Origin: Gnetum montanum
Lineage: Eukaryota; Plantae; Gnetophyta
Direction of reading: 5' to 3'
Length of the DNA stretch: 64,000 nt
NCBI GenBank assembly: GCA_015680685.1
Contig: MNCI01002986.1
Location: 6,730 to 70,729 of the forward strand
Shown: positions 38,859-52,200 of the stretch, piece by piece
Position numbering within the stretch: position 1 is the first letter of the stretch
Layout of the letters: every line of letters begins with the position of its first letter
Program-made: the position numbers and the translations under genes
The notes under the pieces: model-generated
Told to the model about the DNA's origin: nothing
What the model saw: only the letters and a program-made list of their open reading frames with translations
The model's database searches: none

Positions 38859-39018
38859 TGTCAATTAGTGAAACAAAAATCACAGTGTGCTCTGAGAATT
38901 TGATGTGGTAATTATAATGCAAGATATGACTCTTAGGTTCATTCCAATGATTTAAATACTTTCACTAGATCCTAGATAGCAAAAAAAACAATAAAAAGGT
39001 CCCCAGCAATGGTGCCAA

Positions 39019-39849
39019 TGATGAGTGGTGAGGTACCCCTACGCCCAACCATATGAATCACTAAGGCATTATGCACAATTCAGTCGAATTCCATGGACCT
39101 ATAGTCATCTCATACGTTAGTTTCTCTAGGAAGTGAAATGATGTTTAGAACATTCATTGTCTTCCCAACTACACTTGTGAGGCTCAAGGGTATGGTTTAA
39201 GTGTAATTGAGGTATATGAATTTTTATCATTTTATGTTTTATGGATGTAATCACCTACAACAACAATAAAGGATAGACTAGATTAAAACTAATGTCTATT
39301 ACCTAGCTAGCCTAACACAAGTAACTGCCCCACTTTCCTAAACACATCCTAAACACATATAGCACTGCTAGGCTACCAAACGTTAAGCATTATTAGGTTA
39401 CCAAGTACTATATGAATGCTTAAAGTGGTTGCACTCGTGTTCATTAATTGCTAGAAATAAATTGCTTAATCAAATGTATTAAAGTAAAGAACAAGAAAGT
39501 AGAATTCATTAAAGAAAATATTAAGCTATTCTAAGTGCTGTAAGGATTATCAAAAGAGTTTATTTTATTCCCATCACACTGCTACGCTTAGGTACATCAA
39601 TGCTTGAACAAAGAACTGTACACACTTAAGACTCCTTCTGTGGGCACTTAGAAAATATTCTAACTTTGAGAAAAATAAACTATAAGAGCTTCACTACTCT
39701 AACTAAGAATGATTCAAAACTTACTCCAAACGAGAGCCCAGGCATGGTATTTATAGACCTGGGGAATATACCTTGATGTCGAATATTTGAAGTTGCGTCC
39801 CCAATGTCATGTACCCGATGTCGTGGCTGACACAAATGGTGGTTCATTA
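39019..39849 (-). repeat. 5' LTR of element D
   Basis: 831 bp, TGATGAG...TTCATTA, adjacent to the Asp PBS. Confidence 0.93.
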
Positions 39850-40914
39850 GTACATAATTAATTTTGCCAACTTGCAAAAGAATTTCTTACTTAAGTGAAT
39901 TAAGATCCACTTTAATTATATATTGAATTCCATGAAAACCACTAGCTACAACTAGGATGTCAAAAGCTTAATTGGATGAATTCAATAGATAATATCCTTT
40001 TCAACTTTTTCAAAAATTAATGAAAGATTTAGCAATTCAAAAAAATAGAAAACCCTTCAAACTTGATGAGATGTTGGATTAAAAGAGGGAGATGTTGGAT
40101 TAAAAAAGGGATTTCACTTCTAAATAATTAATAAAGCATGACAATGAATGAAAAAACCAATACTAAGTACCTTAGAAACCATTGCCAAATCAATAAATTC
40201 TACCAACAAAAATGAGTTTTGATAGATCATGTGCATGGACAATATCCAATGCTTAATATTTTCAAACTAGATTTTAGTGATTCAAAAAACTTGAGGAATG
40301 AGGTAAATAACCCAAAATTTTCATGCAAACATTCCTTCTAGAAATTTCCTAAGTAATAGATCTATATAAATCATCAGGTAACTCATAGAATGATGAAGAA
40401 GCAATGGATCTATTTGAAGGATCACCTACTAAATTTGGTGACATTGTATGTAATTGCAAATAGATTCTCTAGAGAAATATTAGATCCACTAAAAAAATTA
40501 GATTTGCTGAGAAAACATAAGATCCATGGAAGAGACAAATCTTTACTTATAAACCACAATTTTCATGCTCTAACTAATTGAGTAATGCCTCAAGGATAAT
40601 TATTTAATTTATTATGGGATGTTAGAACCTAAAATAATTTGACTACAAGTGCACCCTAGAATATATATCCAACATGATATATTAGTGGAATTATAGAGGA
40701 ATATAACAATGCTTCAAGTGTGACTTGAATTGATAACCTCTTATTGTGAAATCCTAGTTTCAAAATAAGCTAATAACTTGAGCCATCTCTCATTGATATT
40801 ATTTAACTTCTTATTTGGGAAAAGGTGTTCAAATTAGAACTAAATAACTATAGGTATCGCTAGGACATGTAATCAACACAAAACTTTTGTAAAGGTAGAT
40901 CTTTTAGAGAGAGA

Positions 40915-42585
40915 TCTACCTTTACAACTAATAGTAATATTAATATGATAGAGATGTAAGATCATAGCTTTCTTCATAATGGTTACTACACCTTGTATTC
41001 TCAATAGTTCTAACTACTATAAGTCTTACTAATTTGGCTACTTATGAATCCTCTTATGATGAACAAAGTTATGTTGTACTAATTTTATCACTTGATATTT
41101 GTTGCTAATTTTGGTAATTCATGACATCATCTTTGGGCTTGTTGTAGCTCTAGGTTCTACCTTGCTAAGAAATTTTTTTGTTTCAGTGATGTTTCTTTTT
41201 CTAGTGATGCATCTTGTTCTAGTTTGTATTCACTTTTTCATCATAAGAAATAATATACTTATGATTGTAGTTTGGAGCACAATTTATTACAAACTCTTGT
41301 ACTTGGAGTTGGTTCACTGTCCTTGCTTCTTTATACTTGGCTAATTCATTACAAATCTCTTCTTCATAATATATTCTTCTTCTTATTCTTCTCATAAAAT
41401 TGCATTCGACATGTGGTACCAACTTGCTATTTTTAGAAAGAAATTATTGGTTGATAGATCCTTCCATCTTGATGCTTTAGTGTTCATAACAAATTCTCCT
41501 ATCTGCAACTTGGATGATTATAAATCCTTTCTTGATGTGTATGTCATCAAGTAGGAAAATGGTGGAGCTTGGTGCCTATGATTACATGTCATATTCTTTG
41601 ATTCTTGTATATTTAAATTGGTACTTTGGTTATTCTTCAATTTCCTTTGAATAATTGTATTCTTTTTGGTTTTAATTATGTTTAGCTTCCTCTTGACATA
41701 ACATGATTCGTATGAAAATTTTTATTTATGATTGTTCTCAAGAATCATTTCCCCTAATACATGCCTTTTTTGACCTAATTTATAGATGATACGTTAGATT
41801 AATTTTCTTGATGTAGATCTTCTCAATCTTTTGGGTCTTCGCATAGGTCCACTACTATTATTAGAAGTCATCTTCATCATATCTTCATTTAATTTCTTCT
41901 CATCTTTTATTCATTCGTAACTTTCTTATGGACTTAGCTTTCTTGATTGAAGCTTTACAATGGCCACTCTTCTTCCTTCTTTCTTTTATCCCTTATGAAA
42001 TCCTTTGAATTTCATACTAAGTTGTAATCTCTCCTACTAGCACTTTGATATCATGTTAGATTTTAAACTTTTGGTTAATATTTTCATTGCGTTCATAATA
42101 GAATGTTAATGCCTTAGGATCCTTTATAGGGAAATCTACCTTTACAACTAATAGTAATATTAGTGTCATAGAGATGTAAGATGGTAGCTCTCTTTGGATT
42201 GATGACTACTCTTCATAATTTTTGACAATTCTAAGTATCATAAGTCTTACTTATTTAACTACTTTTGAATCCTCTTATGATGAACAAAGTTATGTTGTAA
42301 TAATTTTATTACTTGATATTCATTTCTTATTTTTGAAATTCATAACATCGTCTTTGGACTTGCTATATCTCCAAGTTTTGCCTTGCTAAGAACTTTCTAT
42401 ATTTTAGTGATGTTGGTTTTTCTAATGATGCACATTCTTTTGGTTCATATTAATTTTTCATTTTAGTTTGTAACTCAATCAATTATGAAATCTTATACTT
42501 GGACTTGGTTTAGTGTCCTTGTCTTTTTATACTTGACTAACTCATTACGAATCTCTTCTTCATAACATATTCTTCTTCTTCTTCT
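40915..42585. repeat. Two diverged ~470-bp copies (40915-41385 and 42135-42585) of an unidentified AT-rich sequence
   Basis: Shared TCTACCTTTACAACTAATAGTAATATTA, GAATCCTCTTATGATGAACAAAGTTATGTTGTA, CCTTGCTAAGAA and AATCTCTTCTTCATAA at an offset of ~1220 nt. Confidence 0.8.
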
Positions 42586-43340
42586 CTCTTTCTTTGGCTA
42601 CATTCTTACGATGCTTGCCTTTGCTTGTTACTCATGGTAGGTTCTTTAGAAATTTTTCTAGTTAATCAATCTTACATGAACTAGGCCCTTCTTGGACTCC
42701 TTTAGCGATTCACAACTTGGCTTGTTATGGACTACTACTTCAATCATATCCTATTCCTCTTCATAGTCATTCTCTTTACTTTATTGTAACCTTCTGGATG
42801 GTCATCTCTTCCTCTTTAGGAACTATATCATATTACAAATTACTTATCTTGGATCTTCTTATCATATTTAGAAAATTGGATTCTTCTTCACTTCTTTTAC
42901 TTATAAATCATTTGCTAACCTTTTTGCTTCTGATGGTTATTACAAATCTATGGATTGTAAAGACTTCTATGTTTCACAATGCCTTCCATCACTATTGCAT
43001 GCTATTACTTGCTCCTTTGGCATAATACATTTGTATGTCATTCTTTATTCATATCTTCTTTATTGTTGTTTCCATTGTTTTTCCTTTCTTGTTTCATCTC
43101 TTCTTTTCATCATTAATTTACATTGTTTCACACTGTTTCACTACTATTCATAATATTCCATCATTGTTTTCATGTTACTCATTATGAAGTAAGAACTTGC
43201 AATCTTTTATCCTTCATAAGGAGTTGTGAGTCTTTATTGAACCATCATGACCATTCGTAACTAATGATAGATTAAGTTAAGAAACTAATGATTATAACTT
43301 ACTATTAAGAGTATATTTTAACAAAGTTTAACATGTTATT

Positions 43341-45584
43341 TGATTTATCACGTTTTCTAGGTTTCATCAATGAGGCCTCATTGATGTGGTCCCATTGAAG
43401 AGGCCACATCGACGTGGGATTTCATGTGTTGACATGGCCTTATTGACACAATGTCTATTTTTGCCTATAAATACATGCTCACCCGCCATGTTTATGACAT
43501 CTTTTTTCATAGTTGTAGCAAAGCTCTTGCAGTTTTCTTGCTTAAAAGTTAGAATATTTTTTTAAGTGTCCATGGTAGGAGTCAAAGAGTGTATGGATCT
43601 TTATTTGAGCACCATTGTACCTAAGCACGATAGTGTGTGCAACAATAAAGATAAGCTTTCTGATAAACCTTATAGCACTTTGAAATATATTAATTATTTA
43701 TTTATGCATTTAATGTTTTATGCAATTTCCTTTAGTTTTTTAAGTAATTAAGCTAAATTAAGCTAGATTAAATAGTGATTAATTAAGCACATAATTATGA
43801 CCAGTTCGAGCATATGCTTGGTACTTGGTAATCCTAGTAATGCTTAATTTTTGGTAACCTAGTAGCATTAAATGTATTTAGGATATGTACAGTAAGTGGG
43901 AATAGATGCTTTTGTTAGGATCAATTAGGTGTAGCTAGTTAGATTAAATTAGCAATTTAATTAGTTTATTTTATTCATTATTCTTTATCCTTAGGTAATT
44001 TAAACATAAAACATAAAAAATGATAAAAATCATATGCCTCAATTACACTTAACCATACCTTTGCATTTCATAAGTGTAATTGTGAAGACAACGATTACAG
44101 TGGTTAGTTTTACTTCCTAGAGACGAATGTACTTAGAAGGCTATAAGTCCATGAAATTCAATCGGATCATGCATGAACGCTTAGTGATTCATATGATTGG
44201 GCATAGGGTCTACTCGTCGTTCATCATTGGTGCTATTGCTAGGGACTTGTAGTTTGATACCTGTGCTATCTAGGACTTAGTGAATATTATTTAAGATCAT
44301 TGGAACAAATCCTAAGGTCATAATCATTCAATAATAATAATAATAATTTAAGCACACTAAATTTTTTGTCTAATCCAAAATGTCTTCTTCTTATAACATG
44401 ATGAATCAAAACTGCCAGTGCCCCATGAATTCAAAATGGTGTAGTCTTATCCAGATGAGTTTGTACTTGATTTCACCTTCATCTTACATTAGGATGAGTA
44501 GCTACAATGGAGAGATATGAAGGAAAAAGTTGTGTTGCCTCCTAATCAATGTTTTCTTGGGATGTTGCTCCAAACTCTTAAGAGGTTGGACATTTAGGAC
44601 CTCCATGATGAATACAGTGTGCAAGATATCCATGATGAATATGGTATGTAGGACCATGACTATCATGACTGTTGTCCCACAAAAACACAACATAAACGAG
44701 ATTGGCACTAGGAGAAGCACCATGAAGCTATGAAGGGAAAACAGTTCACTGACCCCTTGTTCATGCTAAACCAAAACAATAATGAGGATCCACCTCTAGG
44801 ATTCCCAACATGAAGGTTCTCCATCCCTTAACTCTGGTGAAGGGGGCTTGAACTCAAATATGTAGTCCACTATTTATAATTCAAGTTCAAGAAAAAGTGG
44901 GAGTCAAGGCAAGGGCTTAGGTAAGCATTTGATGATAGTAACCCTGATAATTATGCCTGTAACAAGTGGAGAAGAGATGGTAGACATCGTGGTGGTGGCA
45001 GTCCTCCTCCCTTTTCATCCTCTTCATTTGCATCTTCTTCTTCCTCCTATGAATTTGATTGAAACCATAGGGGATGAAATCGTGATGAAGATGAATGATG
45101 GGATAATGATTATAGGCCCTACTATGAATGTAGGGGTAGTAGGGGACATTGTAGACATTATCAAAATCATAAGGATGATGAACCTTTTTTGGAAACTTGA
45201 AGCATGCTGAACATTCTAGAGGTAGTCAGAATTCCAACCAGGCATGTGAAAGATAGCAGAATCAAGAGGTTGGATATGAATAATATCCCCTGATTTGAGG
45301 GGAAATATAACTCAAATCCACAGATCGATCTTCAAGCCTTGCATAATGCTTGTACTTTGCAAAACGTAGAAAATAATTGGCAAAAACCTAAGCTATTTCC
45401 CAAGATATATAAAAGAAGAAAAAAGTTGGTACTGCTCCTTGAAGTTGAAATCAATTCTCAGATGAAGTACGATGCTTGAGTTGTTCAATGAAAAATATCA
45501 GCCATACTCTAGAGTGTCCAATTTGAGAAAGAAAATACAAGGTTGACGACAAGAAATACATGAACCCTTGGACATGACCATGGG
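43341..45584 (+). mobile_element. Element E: 5' part of an Athila-like element (LTR ~43341-44226, Asp PBS 44227-44246, gag from 44380), cut by element F
   Basis: LTR ends TTCATCA, then TTGGTGCTATTGCTAGGGAC. gag remnant colinear with D gag up to HEPLD (~45575), where unrelated sequence starts. LTR start TGATTTATCAC is inferred from the family terminus. Confidence 0.85.
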
Positions 45585-47384
45585 TGTAGCGATTGAAAAC
45601 ATTAGTGGCTGAGACACTAAGGGGTTCACGGGTGCACAGCTTAACCCTACCTTTGTGCGAGGGCCTTACTAGAAAATGGAGGTGGAGTGCCCTAGATGGT
45701 TTTATTGATCGAATAGGAACTTTGTCGATTGCACTTGGGGTATTGGGTGCAACTAGCGGCGGCATGGTTAGCTGGAATGAAAATGCAAACAATGTGAAAT
45801 GGTGCTAAGTGTCAAAGCGGTGTTTCACGATGTAAGTATAAAGCATAGCCATGGAATGGGGGCGAGTGTAGCTAAGGGTTTTAATTGAAACAAGGGTGTC
45901 AACCCGTGGAGACTATTGCCCCAGTGTAGTACAGTGTGATGATGCATGAAAAAATGCAAAAAGACATAAGAAAAATGCAAGAAAATGCTAGAAATGGGAG
46001 AGAGAAATGGAACATCACCCCAAATGGAGGCGTAGTTAACTCCAAAAGGGTCTTAGAAGGTACACAATGTACAACAAGTGCAATGGAAGTATAGTCATAG
46101 TCTCGATGGTGTTAGGCCATGAAGTCTAGTGCTTATTGTGATGAATCGTGCCTACTGGGTTGGTTACCACGATGTACTGTGCAGTGTTCTGCAAGGCTGC
46201 AATGGGGTCGTAGTGTACCATGCAATGTAGGGCTACAACTAGGTCATGATGTACCATGGAGTGTAGCTATGCCTCTCTACTAGTGTGGTGTGCTTTGGGT
46301 CTCGTTCACCCATGAAGCTAAGTGCCAAGATGCCAAAATGCCAAATGCCAAATGAAAATGCCAACTGTCAACCTTTAAAATGTTGGGGCACAAGGGTATT
46401 TATAGGATTAGGGTTAGCCCAAAATGCGAATTGGGTGCCATGTGGTAGTGTAGTAGGTGGGATTACAAGAAAAATTTAGAAAATTTTCTAAGTCTAGAGG
46501 TGACCAGAAAAAGTTTGAAAATTTTTGTAACTCTGGTTGCTACACTTGCTATGCTCATCCCTTGCTATGCTTGACCCCTTACTACGCTTGCTAGACTCTA
46601 AATCATAGGTATAATTTGGGAAAAATGGGGAGTATAAGAGAAATGCAAATTGCTGATCTTGCTTATTAGAGGAGTGTTGGAGCTGGAATGAAGGCTTATG
46701 CTAAGATCTAGAAGCTTTTGAAGGTAGTTTCTTGTTGTTGCACTAGCTACGCTTTGGAGTGTAGCCTAGTAGTTGGGAAATTCTTGCAAAAACTGAAGTC
46801 CAGTGTTGCTACGTTTGCAACACTAGAGCATAGTAGGATGGGATAGAGCATAGCATGGACACTTAGAAAAATCTGGCAAAAATTGCAATTCTTATTCTTG
46901 CTACGCTAGCTATGCTTAGGAGTGTAGCAAGAGGGGTAGCTTTAGAAGTTAGAAAATTTGCCAAATGCCTTTTCCATGTGGAGTTAGCTTGATAGCTTCT
47001 AGCTTGACACCCATGCAAATTGGCCATTGAAGTACATGCTATGTTGACTATGCTCTAGAGCATAATAAGGAGAATAAGAGTGTAGCACAACACTTAGAAA
47101 AAAATTTTCTATAGCTGATGTCATTGGTCTGACACTTAGCCAAAATTGCAAAAAATTGGTTGTTGAAGCTGACTATGCTCTACTGCAATGGACAATGTGG
47201 TCCCAACACTTAGAAAAATTTGTAGAAAGTGCCATTGTTCAAACACTTAGAAATATTTTTCAAATCTGGTAGTTGGAGCTGACTATACTGAACACTTAGA
47301 AAAATTTGGGCAAAGTGCCATTGTTTTAAGACTTAGCCAAATTTGTAGTCGAGATGTTAAGACTCAAAATTTTGTGGTGTTTCA
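45585..47384 (-). repeat. 3' LTR of element F (1800 bp)
   Basis: TG..CA termini, CCTATAAATACCC near 46400, internal AACACTTAGAAAA and GCTACGCT repeats. Homologous in reverse to LTR 52766-54770. Confidence 0.82.
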
Positions 47385-48499
47385 ATGGCCCCTCTTTGTT
47401 GACATCTAGAGGAGCGGCCCAAGAGACGTTAACAAAGAATCACAAAACACCACAGCAAACATACCACCAACATCACTCGTCTACCAGATCAAGTGTCATT
47501 CCACCATGTTCAAGAGTGCTGTGAATAAGAGTATGCTAGGGAAAAGTGTGTAGGTAATGTTTTAGAAAATGAAATGAAAGTAGAGGAAATCAAATGCAAA
47601 CAATGGACCCTGATGCAAGATGCAAAGTTAGTATGGTTGATGGTGACCATGGCATGAACTGGTTTGTCCTTGAAACGTTGACCTCTCATTGGAGTGCTCA
47701 TGAGAAAGTCAAAGTTGATCTAAGGCTAGGTCAGTTATGAAGCTACAACATTGTCAATTTGTTGGGCATGTGCTCTTCTCCATTTTTTTTTCATTTTTTG
47801 CTTTACTACAAGGCGAACCCCTATTGGGTTTGGCTTACTATTGAATGCTAGCTGCAAGGTGTGGGCCATGGAGTAGATGGACTTTGCTTTGATGCTATCG
47901 CATCTCATCTGTAGGATAGGTGTTTCATCTCTAGGATGAGTTGTGTTACATCTGCTTGGGCCTTGACTAGCCAACAGTGGCTCCCCACGAGATGAGTTGC
48001 ATTACATCCATTATGGGTTCTACGGTTGACATGAGGAGAATGCCATATGTGTCACAATGTGTATGCATAAGAGGGATGTGCAATTGTGAGTATGCAAGGG
48101 AGAAGAGGCTATTGGGATGAAGGAGTGAATGTGTGTAGGTTGTAATAAGATGAGGGGGATGTACACTCTTGAATGGCTTAACTAGTCCAATCATCTACAT
48201 CGGAGCAATGCGGAAACTTGCTACTGCGATGAGATGCATCTCTGCATGACCACCTCCAAGGCTTCGTCTTGCAAACACAACTCTGAGAAGACAAGAAAAT
48301 CACACAACATGAAATACAAGTGCAAATGCCAAATGTGAAGATGCTGCAAATGCGTCAAATGCTATGCCAGTTGTAAGTGCTTAGGAAGCTAGTGAAAGTA
48401 CCAAGGTGATGATGCTTTGACTCTTACAAAGGTCACATCAATGGTAAGTGCTCCAAAAGATCAGCAGAATGGTTGGAGGTGATGATGTTGTGAGTGCGC

Positions 48500-49110
48500 G
48501 GATCCAATTTACAGTCCTGTAGATCATGGAATGCTAGTTTATAGTCCTAGCAGACTGTTGTGTGCTAATTTAATGTCGTAGCAGACAAGCTGTTGTGCTA
48601 GTTTAACATCATGACCTAAGGATGATTTGTGCTAGTTTATAGTCATAACGGATTGCTATGCTAGTTTATAGTCATAGTGGACTGTCTGTGCTAATTTTTT
48701 GCATCATGGTAGACAAGTGCTTACCTTGCTTATGTGAGGTGCAAATTTGCATGCGTAGTCATGCTGTGTGCCTGCAAGATCCTACAAAAATCAACTAGAA
48801 AAATAACATCAAGTGGCACCTCTTGTAAACAAAGTTAAAGTGCACAAATGAAAGGAAAGGAATACAAAGAGTGATAGTTTTATGTCATTCAGGTAATCGA
48901 GTGTTTCTCATTTTGTGCCATTACTAATTTAAAGCCATTTCTCGGGCCATCAAGTGTTGCTAGTTTTGGGCCATTTTAGGCCAATGCAAAGGGGTTGATT
49001 GTTTAAGGTCATTTCAGGTCATACATTGTCAGTTCAAGGTCATGGCGGGTCATAGGTTGCTAGTTTAAAACCATTTTGGGTCGTGGGCTAGTTTAAGGCC
49101 TTTTTGGACC
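48500..49110. repeat. Tandem arrays in the 3' region of F (GCTAGTTTA..GTC.TAGCAGA and CTAGTTTAAGGCCATTTT units)
   Basis: About seven ~25-30 bp units at 48500-48715 and about six related units at 48920-49110. Confidence 0.8.
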
Positions 49111-49299
49111 ACATGGTTTTTTTTTGTAGTTTTAGTTTTATGATTTTTATATATTTTTGATGTTTTTTAAAATGTAATGTGTAACCTAAGTCGATGAATG
49201 CATAAACAATGCAAAAGAAATGCATGAACAAAGCAAAATGTGTGATCTAAGCGAGCAAACAAAATGTAAATGCATAGGCTAGTGTGATGCAAACGAAAG

Positions 49300-52200
49300 T
49301 AAAAAATGCATGGCAAGTGGAGGTAAGTGGTAGGTAGGCACCTAGCACAATTTTGGCCAAGGGAGTGCCTTGATCAGGCAGTTGTTTCCTAATCTGGTTT
49401 AGATTAGGGGATGCATAGGGGTTAGGATTTTCTGGGAGGCTGTTGGCTTCAATTACTCATTTGAGTATGTCAACCTTATGCATTGCATTGGTTGCCTTAG
49501 ATGCATCATGAAGAAACTCCACCTTCAACACTTGCTCCATGCCTATGTTGTGGATAGCCAGAGGGGAGGCATTATCATTGTGGATGATAACTTGACCACC
49601 TTCATATGGAAGGTGGACTTCTTGGTGGATGGGAGAGGAGATAGCTCATAGTTGAGCTAGCCAAGGCCTGCCTAGGATCAGGTTGAAGCTTGGCATCTCC
49701 TCTATGATAGTGAAAGCTATGCTAGTGGGGAATTGGTCCCCTACCACAAAGGTTAAGTTGATTGTATCCTTGATGGTGACACATGATCCATTGAAGGATT
49801 TTAGACATGTGGCTATGGTTGGCCTAATTTCATCTACTAGGCCTAGCTTGTTGATGATGGAGTACAGGACTACAGTTGTTTCTACATCATCATCAACATT
49901 CACTTTGTAGATCATGCACTTCCCAACACATATGCTAATGAATAGTGGAGCTATAGTGACCTCCCCTCATTTGAGGTTGATCTTAATTACATTATTGCAA
50001 AAGGTTAGGGATGTTGAACCTGATTCCTGTGACACAATGGGCAACATCACTACACAGATGGATGTCTCATCTACAGGGATGTCCTCTATGATAAGAATGA
50101 AGGCCAACATTTGATCCAACACTTGGTGGTGAGCAAACGAGGTCATGACTAGGTCATACAAGCTCAATGATGTGTTTTTCTACTTAAGCATTTGGTTCAC
50201 CTGGGTTAGTGCAACAGCGAATTCCTTGTCATCAGCCATTATGTTGACCTTGACTTCATGCAGCTTAAGAGATGAATCTCTCATGGAGGGGAATTGGGCT
50301 TGAGTTACTTGGCCTACTTGGGGGTAGGGGCTTGAGTACTCAATTGTTGTTTGTTGGTTGTAGCCTTTGCTTTGGCCATGGGGGTTGTGAGGTGCTTGTT
50401 CATCCTCTTGCATTGCAATTTGGTAGGCCTACCTGGGTTGCTAGTGGTGTTAGCCCTTGAAGGAAGAGAGACCAAGATGTTGCCCATTGTTGGGCTTTAG
50501 GTAGGTGAGGAGCCATCATGTTATGGCATGGTTATGACAAACAATGGTTTAGAAGTTGTTGTAGGGCTAACTCATTGTGGCACCTTGATGACAAAAGGTT
50601 TCTTAGCAATTATTGTTGCTATGTCATGCTAGTTTAATGTCTTAGAGGATGGTTGGTTTGGTTGCCAGTTTAACATCTTAGTAGATGATTGCTGTGGGAC
50701 CTTAACCACAAAGGGTGTTGTGGGTGCCTAAGGTAACACTTTGATAACAAAGGAGGGCCTCTTGCTTGTGGAGCCAGAGGGGATCCTTGCCTTGTTGGGA
50801 GGCATGTGGATCACAAAAGGTTGTTGCACAGGTTTAGAATCATCACCTATTTTGATGGAGTTTATGACATAGAGAACGTCATTTGTGTTGGATTAGCTCA
50901 TTGCATCGAGCACCAATTAGCCTTGTTCTATCATTCTTTGCAAGTCATCTTGCAAATCACGATAGTTGTCTGTACTATGACTAAACATTTTGTGGTAATG
51001 ATAGTATTGGTTTAGCTAAAAGTGTTGTGGGACTGAGGGCTTGTTGATACTATTGAGGTGGGGTTCCTCAATAGTTCATAGTACCTATCATGTTTTTGAT
51101 GGGCAATCTCCAATACACATTTGTATTGGATTCACTTGGCTTTTAGGAGTTGCTCCAGTAGTTTAGAGGGTTCCCTCGGTAGTGGTGTATACTTTGAGCG
51201 ATCCTTGTGCTCAAAGTTCGACCTGTTGATGTAGGCAAGTTGGCAACTTTGTGAGTTGGGGCCTTAGGATGCTTAGCTGTCAGGCCCTAATTGGTTGCTT
51301 TTGATCCTACAACAACTATTTTCACTGTTGCGTTTTGCTTCCATGCATGTTGATTTTTGTAGGCCACGTAGGTTAGGTCATTACTGGATTGCATTGTCTC
51401 CTCTATGCCCTTCATTTAAGCAAAGGCTTTGATGAGATACTTCAAGGCTAGGTAATATAGTTTGGACTTGATGAAGTCATTTACTACACCCTTAAAGATG
51501 ACCAGTAGGTGCATCTCTACTAGGGGTTCATGCATTTCGCTCAATGTAGCATTCCAATGTTGGAGGAATTTTCTCATGGGCTCTAGGGGCCCCTGCTTGA
51601 CCTACATGAGTTGGTCAAGGGTTGCTTGAAGCTTTAGGTTGTACCTGAAATGTGTCAAAAATTATCTTATGAGATCCTCCAAAGAAGAGATTGAGGCCTT
51701 AGGTAGCGTGCGATACTAGTTTAAGGCCCTGCTAGTGAGTGACATGGGGAACATGTGCATGATGGTGTGTGGTTAGGCTTGAAGGAGTAGGCACTCAGAT
51801 CGAAATGTAACCAAGTGTGCATTTTAGTCCCTTTTACCATTGTACTTGGTGAGTTGAAGCAACTGGACCCTAGTTAAGAGAGTTAAGGGGTGGGATTGTA
51901 GGACTTATGGGGTCATCTCAGTAGAAGTCCACCACCTTACCAGTTTTGGAGGAGGTAGCTTTAAGTTAGTTGATCTCCTTCATAAAACTTTGGATCAACT
52001 AGAATGCCTGATCCAAGCTTGGGGATGTGCAAGCTGGTTGCATTGGACAGGCTTGTGTTGGTTACATAGCATAGGATTAGATTATTAGTTGTGAGTTTAA
52101 TGTTGTAGCAGATGATCATTGCCAATTTAATGTTGTAGCAAATGGGTTTAGTTGATGTGTTGGCTTAGGGATGGGTGCAGTGACTGAGGTGGGCCACACA

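Larger units (their letters stand above)
29776..39849 (-). mobile_element. Element D: full-length Athila-like Ty3/Gypsy element with gag-pol, no long accessory ORF
   Basis: LTRs 29776-30577 and 39019-39849. TSD GTACA (29771-29775, 39850-39854). PBS (minus) TTGGCACCATTGCTGGGGAC at 38999-39018. PPT at 30578. PR-RT-RH-INT order. Confidence 0.95.

Noticed and set aside
39855-40760. Possible decayed L1 LINE ORF2 (KPFKLDEM.., NKAW, IANRF)
   Set aside because: Only short scattered resemblances and no RT catalytic motif visible. Needs a translated HMM search.
48500-49110. CRISPR-like repeat-spacer appearance of the arrays here and at 59213-59487
   Set aside because: Degenerate tandem units inside plant retrotransposons, no unique constant-length spacers and no cas genes.
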